A stretch of DNA of 42,425 nucleotides, from NCBI GenBank assembly GCA_041501125.1, contig JBGQNO010000005.1, forward strand, positions 1-42,425, in the 5' to 3' direction. This document shows positions 18,515 through 27,790 of the stretch, in pieces (within the stretch, counting starts at the first letter, position 1; every line of letters begins with the position of its first letter). The position numbers and the translations under genes are program-made. The notes under the pieces were generated by a model, which saw nothing but the letters and a program-made list of their open reading frames with translations, did no database searches and was not told the DNA's origin. The stretch is from Candidatus Nanoarchaeia archaeon (lineage in GTDB: Archaea; Nanobdellota; Nanobdellia; Pacearchaeales; GW2011-AR1).

Positions 18515-19554
18515 TGGAATTTCTAGCAGGCAGCGAGAAAAGATTTTTTGATTTTATATCAACTTTAAATGAGAAAGACAAGATCGCTTTGCTCTGCCAT
18601 AATGACGGCGACGGCATTGTCAGCGCAGTTATTGCCTCAAAAGTTCTTGGCAAAATAGATTATGTTAATATTGTAAATTATCAGCCAGGAATGCTGGCAC
18701 AATTGGCAAAATGGCTTGAAATCAAGAAAATAAACAAGATTATTGCTGTTGATTTGGCATTATTCGAAGATAAAGAATCAACAAAAATGTTTGAAAAATT
18801 TGCCCAAATCCTTGTCATAGACCACCATCCATTTAAAGAGGACTTGAACTCTGACAAAACAATTTTCCTTAAAGCAAAAACAGAATTTCCTGCTTCTTAC
18901 ATGTGCTATTATCTTTTTTCAAGAATCCAGAAAATTCCAGAGTGGCTTGCAGTCTTAGGAATTTTGTCAGATACCACACCATTCAGATACAACAAGACAA
19001 ATGCAGAAAAAATTTACCAGGACTTCAGCATTCCTGCAGAAAAACAAAACTTATATGACTTGTCAGTAAATCTAAATCTTGCACTCATTTATTTTAAAGA
19101 CAAGGAGAAAAAAGTTTATGACATTCTGCAGAATGCAAAATCACCAAACGAGCTTAAGACACTTGAAAGATACAGCAGTATAATAAACAAGGAAGTTGAA
19201 AAATATCAAAAAGATTTTGAAAATAATCATGAAGATTTCGAAGGGCTTTCATTTTATTTCTACAAGCCAAAATACTCAATAAACTCTATGCTGTCTACTT
19301 TGATAAGCACAAAACAGCAAAACAAAACACTTGTGTTTGTTACAACAGATATAAACAATGAACTTCATATCTCTGCAAGAAGGCAGGACAAAACAATAGA
19401 TTGCGGTAAATTGCTTAAAGAAGCAACAAAAGACATTCCAAATTCGACAGCAGGCGGGCATGTGCCTGCAGCAGCCGCAAGAGTTCCTTCCATTTACCTT
19501 GACAAGTTCAAGGAAAATTTGATAAGAACTTACAGCAAGATGCAGCATCGCTGA
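18514..19554 (+). CDS. Second DHH/DHHA1 family phosphoesterase
   Basis: HNDGDG, IDHH, ISAR, AGGH. Confidence 0.88.
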   Translation: MEFLAGSEKRFFDFISTLNEKDKIALLCHNDGDGIVSAVIASKVLGKIDYVNIVNYQPGMLAQLAKWLEIKKINKIIAVDLALFEDKESTKMFEKFAQILVIDHHPFKEDLNSDKTIFLKAKTEFPASYMCYYLFSRIQKIPEWLAVLGILSDTTPFRYNKTNAEKIYQDFSIPAEKQNLYDLSVNLNLALIYFKDKEKKVYDILQNAKSPNELKTLERYSSIINKEVEKYQKDFENNHEDFEGLSFYFYKPKYSINSMLSTLISTKQQNKTLVFVTTDINNELHISARRQDKTIDCGKLLKEATKDIPNSTAGGHVPAAAARVPSIYLDKFKENLIRTYSKMQHR

Positions 19555-19668
19555 TGTAAACCTTTTTTGTTATTAATTCTTAAAATCCTGAGACGCTTAA
19601 GCAACAATTCATTTGCTTGGTGTGGATTGCCCCTGTAACCTCACAAGATAAATCATTTAATTATTAAT
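19548..19668. repeat. Family A repeat, copy 4
   Basis: TCGCTGATG..CCTT..TTGTTATTAAT start, GATTGCCCCTGTAACCTCACAAG core; supplies the TGA of the DHH gene. Confidence 0.75.
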
Positions 19669-19685
19669 AAAATACCTTAAGAAAA

Positions 19686-22600
19686 CTATTTTTTCTTTCC
19701 AAACTTGCATTTCACGCCATCTTTCAAGCAGCCTTTAATGTCCTCGTTAGTCCATCCCTTGTCCAAAAGCATCTGTTCAATTGCCTGCTCGCTGTATCCT
19801 TTGTTTCTCGCTTCTTTGATGAATTGCTTTGCCTTTCCAGTCAGTATCTCTTCTTTGACTTCTTTCTTTTTCTTCTGTCCTTTGAGCGAGAACCATACAA
19901 TAAGGAATATTGCTGCAGCTATGACAAGAGCAATTATTACAATAATCAAAGTTCTCAAGACAGTAGTTTTGCAAGTGCCAATGCAACAATCACCTTCTGG
20001 ACTATTCTCGATAACACCGCTGCAAACTGCATTGTTGCTGCAAATTTGCCCGCCCAGTTCAAAGCAACTAGGTACTGGAGGTACAGGTGCAGGCAGTTCT
20101 TGCTGTGGTGGCAATACCACTGGAACATAAACCGGGTCGTGTACAGTCTGCAAATATAATTCAGGCCTGTTATATAATATGCTCACAAGTCTTATCAAAA
20201 TATCATAATATCCGTCTGCATTCACGTCAAACTTCTTTGTTGCGCCAATTAATAAGTCAAAAGTTATTGGATTAGAAGATATTGTCAATATAACCTTGTC
20301 TGTAAATACTCTGTTAATTGTCAAAAAATGTGTCGTAAAATTTACTTGAAATTTTATCCTGTCATCATCAGTAAAGAATCTTTGCCATCCTTGCCTGAGT
20401 TGAGCATCGCTTGGAGTATAGAGGTTTGAACCGCCTCCTCCACCCCCTCCCGAAGGAGGCTGTTGTCCAGTAACAGCTGTAAGAGGCAGATAGTCTCCGC
20501 CAGCTTTTATGTTCCCGCTTGAATTATAAGGCACAAGAGTATTTCCAATTCCATCAAGGTTCGTGTCTTCTCCTGAATAATCGCTCCACCAGTTTCCTCC
20601 CATGCAGCTTCCACCAATCATATTTGTTCCATCAGAACAATCATAAGTAGTATTCCAGAAGTTATATTCAACAGGAAGTTCAGAAAATGCATTTAGTGTA
20701 TTGCTGAAGTAATTGTTATATATCAGATTAAATCCTGCAATATCTTCTATGCTTACTCCCAAGTCATTTCCAATAATATTATTTGAATACACAGACACAC
20801 TATCAGCAATGTAAAGCTGTATGGCTTTGCCATTTCTTGAAAGATAATTGTTAAAGACGCTGTTGTTGCTTCCCTGATAGAATTCTATTCCAGAGGTAAA
20901 GTTCTGGATTCCACAGTTCCTGATATTAACACCGTGTCTTAAACTGAGATAAATTCCCTTGCCAGTTCCATCACCAGTAATATTATGCCCTTGGCAGTCA
21001 ATTATAATCGAATCAGAGCCTACTGTAATCGCGTTTCCGCTGCCAGTGCATGTCATGTCTGCAGCAAGTTTTATGCTTGACTTTACTGTCGAGCCGCATG
21101 TCAATATTTCCCCAGCAGGATTTGCATAAACCAGAGGTGCGTAATCTCCATTGTCAAAAATCGCGCCACCTGAATTGTAAGGCAGAAGCGTATTTCCAAT
21201 GCCATCTGCATTATTATCAATTCCAGTATAATCACTCCAGTAATTTCCAGCGATGCAGTCTCTTCCTATTATGTTGACTCCGCTCGCACAATTCTGTGTA
21301 ACATTCCAATAATTTATAGAGTCTTGTTCAGAAAATGCATTGTTAGTATTGTTGAAAAAATTGTTATAAATGGTATTATTGCTTGCGAATTGAAGGCTTC
21401 CGCTTAAAATGTAAATTCCATATCCTGTATTCTGTGTTATGATATTTGATGTGATTGTATTGTTTGTAGAGCCAAGCGAATCAGGTCCGACAATTCTGGC
21501 ACTAAGGGTAATTCCATTAAGATTAGAATTCATATTGTTTGAGTTCAGCAGGTTTTTGTGAGAATCTTTTATTTCTACGCCATTTGTGTTATTGCTTAAA
21601 GTATTAGACAAAACGAAACTGCCAGAAATTTCAAAGAAATAAATTCCAGTATTGAAGTTGTTAATATTGCAGTTTTGTATTGTGACATTTGTCAGGTAGT
21701 TTGAAACATTGATTCCATGTCCGTTTCCATTTCCAGTTATATTATGCCCTTGGCAGTCAATTATAATCGAATCAGAGTCTACTATAATAGCATCTCCGCT
21801 GCCAGTGCATGTCATGTCTGCAGCAAGTTTTATGCTTGACTTTACTGTCGAGCCGCATGCCAATATCTCTCCAGCAGGATTTGCATAGACAAGAGGTGCG
21901 TAATCTCCGCCATTTGTAATCTTACTGTTTGAGTTGTAAGGCAGAAGTGTATTTCCAATGCCGTCTGCATTATTGTCAATTCCAACGTAATCACTCCAGA
22001 AGTTTCCGCCAATATAATTCCCGCCAATAATGTTTGAACCAGTTATCTCTGTAACATTCCAGTAATTTCCAACTGCAGACTCGTCAAATACATTATTTGC
22101 ATTGTCAAAATAATTGTTATATATTTCATTTCCGCCAGAGGCAACACTTGCCACTAGCCCATAACCGCTGTTTCCTTCTGCCCTGTTCAGTGTTACTATG
22201 CTGTTTTCAGTGTTTATTGAAAAACCATAATAATTATTTTCAGCACTGTTGCCAGTTAATGTATTGTTAAAGCCGCCAGTCACTCCTATCCCAAAGTTTG
22301 GGTTATTGTTTGCAGTATTGTCCGACAAGATATTGTTAGAGCCATACGCTACATAAATTCCAAGATTGTTTTGGCTGTTGCTTGCTGTATTGCTCGTTAT
22401 TGTGTTGTAATAGCCTCTCTCGACACGGATTCCTATAGAATTATTGTCAGCAGTGTTTGACATTATTGTTGTAAAATTTGAAGCATAAAAATAAATTCCA
22501 TTTGCGAACATGCTTACATAACAATTCTTTACTGTTACATTTTTCACATACTGGGCATAAATTCCATTTCCGCTTCCATTGCCTGTTATATTGTGTCCCT

Positions 22601-23180
22601 GACAATCAAGTATTAAATTGTCTGTCATAATATTTAATGCTGTTACATTGCAAGACAAATCCTGAGTCAATGAGTATTCGCCAGAAGTAGTTATATTAGT
22701 ACATGAGGTTACATTTTCAGGAGGAAATTGGAATACTGTTATAATTCCAGTAGAAGTGCAAGCTCCTGTAAAATTAGTGCAAGTTTCTCTTGCAAGATTT
22801 CTCAGAGGGTCGCTTGCACAGCCAGTCATTACAGTTCCCAAAGGACAATTACTCTGGCTGCATGAGCCAACATGATCTGTTTCAGAGACTATAATGACTT
22901 TGCTCTGGTTCCATAGACAGCATCCAGAACTGATGCATTGCGTCTGGTTTGTCTGACTAGAAACACAATCAATAGTTGAACAATCGATTCCAGCAGTTGA
23001 CAAAGGCAAAGGCGGTGGTGACTCAGCTGTTGGTGCAGGCACTGATGTCGTGAACAAGTTCTTGAAAATTGTTATCTTGCCGAATGTCGCATAACCTGAC
23101 ATCTGTGAGAATGCAATCAGTCCAAATACGCTGACAGCAATAATAGCCACAATAAGTATAAATTTCACCTGCTTTTCCAT
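19686..23180 (-). CDS. Large cell-surface protein with three NosD/parallel beta-helix modules
   Basis: N-terminal TM, repeated DCQGHNITG and GNxWSDYxGxD..DGIG modules, GGGGGGG linker, C-terminal TM; start moved to MEKQVK. Confidence 0.88.
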   Translation of the reverse strand: MEKQVKFILIVAIIAVSVFGLIAFSQMSGYATFGKITIFKNLFTTSVPAPTAESPPPLPLSTAGIDCSTIDCVSSQTNQTQCISSGCCLWNQSKVIIVSETDHVGSCSQSNCPLGTVMTGCASDPLRNLARETCTNFTGACTSTGIITVFQFPPENVTSCTNITTSGEYSLTQDLSCNVTALNIMTDNLILDCQGHNITGNGSGNGIYAQYVKNVTVKNCYVSMFANGIYFYASNFTTIMSNTADNNSIGIRVERGYYNTITSNTASNSQNNLGIYVAYGSNNILSDNTANNNPNFGIGVTGGFNNTLTGNSAENNYYGFSINTENSIVTLNRAEGNSGYGLVASVASGGNEIYNNYFDNANNVFDESAVGNYWNVTEITGSNIIGGNYIGGNFWSDYVGIDNNADGIGNTLLPYNSNSKITNGGDYAPLVYANPAGEILACGSTVKSSIKLAADMTCTGSGDAIIVDSDSIIIDCQGHNITGNGNGHGINVSNYLTNVTIQNCNINNFNTGIYFFEISGSFVLSNTLSNNTNGVEIKDSHKNLLNSNNMNSNLNGITLSARIVGPDSLGSTNNTITSNIITQNTGYGIYILSGSLQFASNNTIYNNFFNNTNNAFSEQDSINYWNVTQNCASGVNIIGRDCIAGNYWSDYTGIDNNADGIGNTLLPYNSGGAIFDNGDYAPLVYANPAGEILTCGSTVKSSIKLAADMTCTGSGNAITVGSDSIIIDCQGHNITGDGTGKGIYLSLRHGVNIRNCGIQNFTSGIEFYQGSNNSVFNNYLSRNGKAIQLYIADSVSVYSNNIIGNDLGVSIEDIAGFNLIYNNYFSNTLNAFSELPVEYNFWNTTYDCSDGTNMIGGSCMGGNWWSDYSGEDTNLDGIGNTLVPYNSSGNIKAGGDYLPLTAVTGQQPPSGGGGGGGSNLYTPSDAQLRQGWQRFFTDDDRIKFQVNFTTHFLTINRVFTDKVILTISSNPITFDLLIGATKKFDVNADGYYDILIRLVSILYNRPELYLQTVHDPVYVPVVLPPQQELPAPVPPVPSCFELGGQICSNNAVCSGVIENSPEGDCCIGTCKTTVLRTLIIVIIALVIAAAIFLIVWFSLKGQKKKKEVKEEILTGKAKQFIKEARNKGYSEQAIEQMLLDKGWTNEDIKGCLKDGVKCKFGKKK
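20980..21999. repeat. Intragenic direct repeat (~260 bp units at 20980-21240 and 21739-21999)
   Basis: Offset 759 bp; 65-nt identical block 21036-21100 = 21795-21859. Confidence 0.9.
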
Positions 23181-23244
23181 TGGTAAAGTCAGATAGGCAT
23201 TATTTATAAATTCTTTGATTATTGAATATATAATATAGGACAAA

Positions 23245-23799
23245 ATGACTTTCCAGCAACAAAAGCAAAAGCAGCTTGCAAAGATGGATATATCTCATGT
23301 CGGCAGCTGGGACAGGAAAATCCTAGGTTTATGTAATAAGCTAAACAGAAATCCGAATTACTACACAACCTCGTCATGCGCAGGACGCATAATCCTTATA
23401 ATAGCTGATGAGAAGAAAAAACCTGGCTTGTTTGTTTTCAGGACTCACAATAAAATTTCTTTGCCGCAATTAAAGCATGCTCTTGCAAAAGCCAGGAAAT
23501 CAGTAAATGTTGAGTTTAGGCAGGAGCCATGCATTCTTCACGTAGCCTGCAAATCCCTGGAGGATGCCCAATCACTATTTGACAAGGCAAAATTCGCAGG
23601 CTGGAAGCGCTCTGGCATAATAGCAACCCGCAAGCGTTTCATCTGCGAGTTAATGTCAACTGAGCATCTCTCGCTGCCAATAATTAAAAACCAAAAAATT
23701 CTTGTCGACAATGAATTCCAAAAAATTCTTATCAAGGAAGCGAATAAAAAGCTTGAAAGAACATGGAAAAAGATAAAAAATCTGGAAAATTTGTTTTAA
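23245..23799 (+). CDS. taw3: tRNA wyosine-pathway methyltransferase Taw3/TYW3
   Basis: YYTTSSCAGRI, EPCILHV, AGWKRSGI. Confidence 0.88.
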   Translation: MTFQQQKQKQLAKMDISHVGSWDRKILGLCNKLNRNPNYYTTSSCAGRIILIIADEKKKPGLFVFRTHNKISLPQLKHALAKARKSVNVEFRQEPCILHVACKSLEDAQSLFDKAKFAGWKRSGIIATRKRFICELMSTEHLSLPIIKNQKILVDNEFQKILIKEANKKLERTWKKIKNLENLF

Positions 23800-23920
23800 T
23801 ATCAAAAACAAACCATACATTTTTCTGCAAAAAAGTTTATAAATAAGATTGCTCTTGAATGAGAAGCAAAAGTAAGTAATTTTTGCTAATTGATTGAAAG
23901 GAGGTTTAAAAAAGAGAAAC

Positions 23921-24994
23921 ATGGTACTGGATTTTGCAAAAGAAGCAATAGAGAATGCAGCGACACACAGTATAAACTTTGACGAATTGAAAGCTGGAAA
24001 AGCTAACATCAAGGTTTTTGGAGTTGGCGGTGCTGGATGCAATGCAGTCACCTGGTTGTTCAATAAGGGAATAAATGGCGCAACCATCTATGCCTTGAAC
24101 ACAGACGCATTACACCTGAGCATTTCAAAAGCTGATGAAAAAATCTTGATTGGAAAAGAGTTGACTCGTGGCTTAGGATGCGGCGGTTACCCAAACAGAG
24201 GTAAAGAGGCTGCAAAAGAAGCTATCTCTGAAATCAAGAAATCTGTAGCTAATGCAGATATGGTTTTCGTGATTGCAGGAGAAGGCGGCGGAACAGGCAC
24301 AGGAGCAGCACCAGAAGTTGCGCAGCTAGCTAAAGAAACTGGCGCAATTGTCATCGGAGTTGTAACAATGCCTTTTGAGTGCGAGAAAGCTAGAATAGAC
24401 AAAGCTGAATTCGGACTTCAAGAGTTAAGGGAAAATGCACACACTGTCGTTGTAATCGATAATAACAGACTTGTCGACATTGCAGGGAACTTGCCTATTG
24501 AGCAGGCTTTTGCCGTAGCCAATGAACTGGTTAGTACAATGATTAAAGGAATCGTGGAAACAATTACCTTGCCGTCATTAATTAACCTAGACTATGCAGA
24601 TGTCTCCACAATTATGAGAAATGGAGATGTTGCAGTCATTGGTATAGGAGAGGCTGATACACAAGCAAGAGTCCAAGAAGCAGTAAGACAGGCGCTGACA
24701 CATCCATTGCTAGAAGTTGATTGTCGCGGAGCGACAGGCGCTTTAGTCCATGTAACAGGAGGGCCAGATTTGAAGTTGGAGGAATTTGCCAACATTGGAA
24801 AACTTGTTACAGAAAACATAAGCCCTGATGCCCAGGTAATCATTGGAGCAAGGATTAGCAAAGAATTTGCAGGAAAAGTCAGAGTCATAACAATTATGAC
24901 TGGTGTAAAAAGCCCGTATGTCCTTGGCAAGCCAAGAGAAGCCCAGCATCTTAGATCTGAAATATCAGATTTAGGAATTGAGGTTTATCGATAA
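23921..24994 (+). CDS. ftsZ: Cell division protein FtsZ
   Basis: GVGGAGCNA, GGGTGTG, INLDYADV; start at MVLDF with AAGGAGGT upstream. Confidence 0.96.
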   Translation: MVLDFAKEAIENAATHSINFDELKAGKANIKVFGVGGAGCNAVTWLFNKGINGATIYALNTDALHLSISKADEKILIGKELTRGLGCGGYPNRGKEAAKEAISEIKKSVANADMVFVIAGEGGGTGTGAAPEVAQLAKETGAIVIGVVTMPFECEKARIDKAEFGLQELRENAHTVVVIDNNRLVDIAGNLPIEQAFAVANELVSTMIKGIVETITLPSLINLDYADVSTIMRNGDVAVIGIGEADTQARVQEAVRQALTHPLLEVDCRGATGALVHVTGGPDLKLEEFANIGKLVTENISPDAQVIIGARISKEFAGKVRVITIMTGVKSPYVLGKPREAQHLRSEISDLGIEVYR

Positions 24995-25016
24995 ATAAAT
25001 TTATTTTTAATTAACA

Positions 25017-25051
25017 GCCAGCCCTTCGGGGCTGGTCTCATTTTCTTTTTT
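25017..25051 (+). terminator. GC hairpin with UUCG loop followed by T-rich tract after ftsZ
   Basis: GCCAGCCC-TTCG-GGGCTGGT then CTCATTTTCTTTTTT. Confidence 0.65.
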
Positions 25052-25070
25052 AATTTCTAAGCATTAAGAA

Positions 25071-25400
25071 CTATCTGTAGAACGGGCTTTTTCTTAATTT
25101 TCTGTAAGAATACCATACATAGCCAGTCATTGTAATTGCTCCGAGTCCGAATATATTTCCTATAAGCAGATCATTAGAGTTTGATGATTGATATGCAAAT
25201 GAAGAGAATAAAGTTATAATTGGTGCAGCAACCACACAAGAAGTTAAATTGTTTAAATCATGCAAGAATTGCCATTGTTGTTCACTCCAGTTTTTTCTTT
25301 CAGGATGCCGTTTAATTTCATGTTCTCTTATTTCTTTTCTAGAATCTTGGATTCCTTCTCTGATTCCTTGTTTTAATATTGCCAACAAACTTTCTGCCAT
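25071..25400 (-). CDS. Hypothetical 2-TM membrane protein
   Basis: 109-aa ORF, TATA-like box ~22 bp upstream. Confidence 0.65.
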   Translation of the reverse strand: MAESLLAILKQGIREGIQDSRKEIREHEIKRHPERKNWSEQQWQFLHDLNNLTSCVVAAPIITLFSSFAYQSSNSNDLLIGNIFGLGAITMTGYVWYSYRKLRKSPFYR

Positions 25401-25444
25401 AACAAAGAGATATAAAGAATATTATTAAACATTACGATTACTTG

Positions 25445-25565
25445 GTTATTAATAAAAAATACTTCATACGCTTAATCAATAATTCAATTGCTTGATAAAT
25501 ATTGTTTTAACAAATCATGCTGCTACTTACACCCATCAGGGTAAAATCGTTTCACCATTAATTCT
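25445..25565. repeat. Family A repeat, copy 5
   Basis: GCTTGATAAATATTGTTTTAACAAATCATGC and ACCCATCAGGGTAAAATCGTTTCACCATTAATTCT. Confidence 0.8.
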
Positions 25566-25575
25566 AATTCAGAAT

Positions 25576-26130
25576 TTAAACTTCCTGTTTCTTCTCGCGA
25601 TACATATACTTATTTTCCCATCTATCCCAGTAAATCATGCCAGAAAGCTCCGGCTTGGGTTTTTGCTTTGTCTTTTCGCCAGCAAATCCGACAGGAAGAA
25701 TTGCTTCAACAACAACGTCTTCAGGAATCCTGAATATTCTTTTAACCTCGGGCTCATGGAAAGCTCCAACCCAGCATGCAGCCAAGCCCGCTTCTTCAAT
25801 CTTAAGAAGGAAATTTTCAATTGCAGCTCCTGCCTGCTGTCTTACATAAACCCTTGCTCTCTCGCCATATCCAGTCACAGCTCTTTCTTCTTTTGAGCAT
25901 ACAACAACAACAAACTTTGCCTGAGAAATAAAATCCTGTCCAGCAGCATCAGCAACCTTGCCGATAGTATCTGGCTCGCCAGTAATCAGGAATTTTAATG
26001 TTTCAACATTGCCTGCAAGCGGTGCGAGATGCGCTGCATTTATTGCCTCAACAACCTGCCTCCAGTCTGGCTTTTTCTTCGAGAATTTTCTGACACAATG
26101 TCGTGCTTTAATGGCTTTGTCAAGTTCCAT
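25576..26130 (-). CDS. Nitroreductase family protein
   Basis: AIKARHCVRKF, APLAGN, GLAACWVGAF. Confidence 0.9.
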   Translation of the reverse strand: MELDKAIKARHCVRKFSKKKPDWRQVVEAINAAHLAPLAGNVETLKFLITGEPDTIGKVADAAGQDFISQAKFVVVVCSKEERAVTGYGERARVYVRQQAGAAIENFLLKIEEAGLAACWVGAFHEPEVKRIFRIPEDVVVEAILPVGFAGEKTKQKPKPELSGMIYWDRWENKYMYREKKQEV

Positions 26131-26160
26131 TCTCTACATAAGAAATCAATATATAAAAAC

Positions 26161-26490
26161 TTAATGTCCAGGTAAAGTCTGCGCTGTCATTTTTTCATAT
26201 ACTCTCTGCAAAACAGCGACTAAATCTCTTCTGGCAATGTCTAATTGTACTTCTGAAAGAGAAAATAATGATCCCCTGGAAAATAACGATCCCATGTAAT
26301 ACTCACATACCTGAAACTGTTTGGCATATTCTAAGCAGCTTTCAAATTGTTTATGAATCACTTTTACAGCTTTTTCAATATGTTCAGCACGCATTTGACT
26401 TACAGGAATTTCGTATGCAACCTTGTCAGGTGATGGAGTAATTACAAAAGGTACTAAGCTTCTATTCTCAGGCTTTTCATTATTACTCAT
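26161..26490 (-). CDS. Hypothetical protein
   Basis: Start moved to ATG 26490 because the longer ORF overlaps tRNA-Asn; TTTTTAAA upstream. Confidence 0.6.
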   Translation of the reverse strand: MSNNEKPENRSLVPFVITPSPDKVAYEIPVSQMRAEHIEKAVKVIHKQFESCLEYAKQFQVCEYYMGSLFSRGSLFSLSEVQLDIARRDLVAVLQRVYEKMTAQTLPGH

Positions 26491-26536
26491 GTCAGCCCTA
26501 TAAACTTCCCGTTTAAAAATGTTATGAAAAACAAAA

Positions 26537-26670
26537 CGTCCCGAGCTGGACTCGAACCAGCGACCCTCTGATTTCAGTGAGTCTACCATAAGTAGATTGA
26601 CTTGTAACAGTCAGATGCTCTACCTGTTGCTCCTCTCAGTTTTTAGCCTGAAAGTCTGAGCTATCGGGAC
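26537..26670 (-). tRNA. tRNA-Asn(GTT) with two introns (26627-26655 in D-loop; 26573-26604 at 37/38)
   Basis: Acceptor GTCCCGA/TCGGGAC-G, T arm GCTGG-TTCGAGT-CCAGC; removing both inserts restores a standard cloverleaf. Confidence 0.88.
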
Positions 26671-26710
26671 TTAAGTTTAGATAGATATGGTTTATTTTTA
26701 AAGTTATTCT

Positions 26711-27223
26711 TTAACCTTTTTCCCACTTTAATCCGAGATCTTCTGGAAAAACCCGTCTTCTTGATTTCTCCAGATAAGCATAAATCTTGGATTGCTTTGC
26801 TCCGGCAATCAGACTTTTAACAGCATTTTCAGCGAAGATTATTCTGTCAGCAGGCCCAATTATGCAAACAGTATTTTCTGACAGCGTAAGATAGCATTCA
26901 GATAATTCTCCAATCAATTCAATTGTCCTGCCCTGCGCTCCAACGATTCTTGCCTTGACACCTGCAAGACTTTTCTTTCTTGTAAAATCCTTGATTGGAA
27001 TTTCTTCAAGAACATAATTTTCCTCTAAAAGAATCAAAGCAATCTCAATAGGAAAAGCCTTGTCAATCGCTTCAAATACTTTTTCTGCAATGAAAACATC
27101 ATAACTTTCTCCAAAAGCCTCAATCTTCTTTCCAGAAATGTCAATGCTAACTTTTAATTTTTTCTCCAGGAGATTCCTGCTAGCCTGGATTTTCCGTATT
27201 GTTTTATATTCTAAAATCTGCAT
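26711..27223 (-). CDS. KH-domain ribosome biogenesis protein (Dim2/Pno1-like)
   Basis: KARIVGAQGRT KH motif, GAKQSKIYAYLE; follows aIF-1A. Confidence 0.85.
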   Translation of the reverse strand: MQILEYKTIRKIQASRNLLEKKLKVSIDISGKKIEAFGESYDVFIAEKVFEAIDKAFPIEIALILLEENYVLEEIPIKDFTRKKSLAGVKARIVGAQGRTIELIGELSECYLTLSENTVCIIGPADRIIFAENAVKSLIAGAKQSKIYAYLEKSRRRVFPEDLGLKWEKG

Positions 27224-27224
27224 T

Positions 27225-27560
27225 TTACAGCTCTTCAATATTTTTCAAATAACCCCTTCTTTTCATCCAGTCAACCTGGCTTGGATTGTATTTGAACAAG
27301 ATATCGCCCTTCTCATTGTCAAACTCCCACGGCTCAACAATTATCAAATCTCCTTCTCTCAGCCATAAACTTCTCCTAAGTCTTCCAGGAACCCTGCAAT
27401 TTCTTGATATGCCATCAAAGCACCTGACTATCATCCTGCTTCCGCCAACTCTCTGTTCCACTATTCCCATTACCTCGCGCCCCTGCGGAAGCCTTACTCT
27501 TGTGATAACCTGCGGCAGTTCGTTATTGCTGCTGTTACGCTTGCGGTTTCGATTTTGCAT
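27225..27560 (-). CDS. eif1a: Translation initiation factor aIF-1A
   Basis: RVRLP, C.DG.SRNCRVPGRL, W..EGD..VEPW, KGDI. Confidence 0.95.
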   Translation of the reverse strand: MQNRNRKRNSSNNELPQVITRVRLPQGREVMGIVEQRVGGSRMIVRCFDGISRNCRVPGRLRRSLWLREGDLIIVEPWEFDNEKGDILFKYNPSQVDWMKRRGYLKNIEEL

Positions 27561-27619
27561 GTTTAAAATTCGGTATTTGAGTTTATAAACCTAATTTTAC
27601 CGAAGATGCGACGGATAAT

Positions 27620-27780
27620 GAATTAATGTTAAAAACCAGCGATGTTTAAGCAGCCATTCATTTACTTGATGAAGATTGCCCCTGTAACCTCGCAAGGTCT
27701 TTGTTTGCTGCAGTGAGCAAGTCCGCAATCACATGAGGAACTGCACAACAAGAGCAAATCAAAGATAGTTAATCATTAAC
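27620..27780. repeat. Family A repeat, copy 6, with nested family B hairpin
   Basis: CTTGATGAAGATTGCCCCTGTAACCTCGCAAGGT then 67-bp insert. Confidence 0.78.
27698..27765. repeat. Family B structured repeat, copy 1
   Basis: Outer stem TCTTTGTTTGCT/AGCAAATCAAAGA; CCGCA..GAGGA helix; CAAGA; resembles 41964-42033. Confidence 0.7.
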
Positions 27781-27790
27781 CCTTAGAACT

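Noticed and set aside
20980-21999. DGR template/variable repeat pair
   Set aside because: Both copies are in-frame in one gene, differences are not adenine-specific and no reverse transcriptase is present
25492-25896. 134-aa plus-strand ORF
   Set aside because: Starts inside a repeat and is antisense to the nitroreductase; no recognisable motifs
26537-26670. Reading the gene as tRNA-Phe(GAA) from CTGAAA in the 3' part
   Set aside because: Gives a 6-nt loop; GTT with a 37/38 intron gives a 7-nt loop and the G discriminator fits Asn
1-27780. Family A repeats as CRISPR array or integron attC sites
   Set aside because: Copies are kilobases apart, flank housekeeping genes, have no spacer periodicity and no RYYYAAC/GTTRRRY ends; no cas or integrase gene
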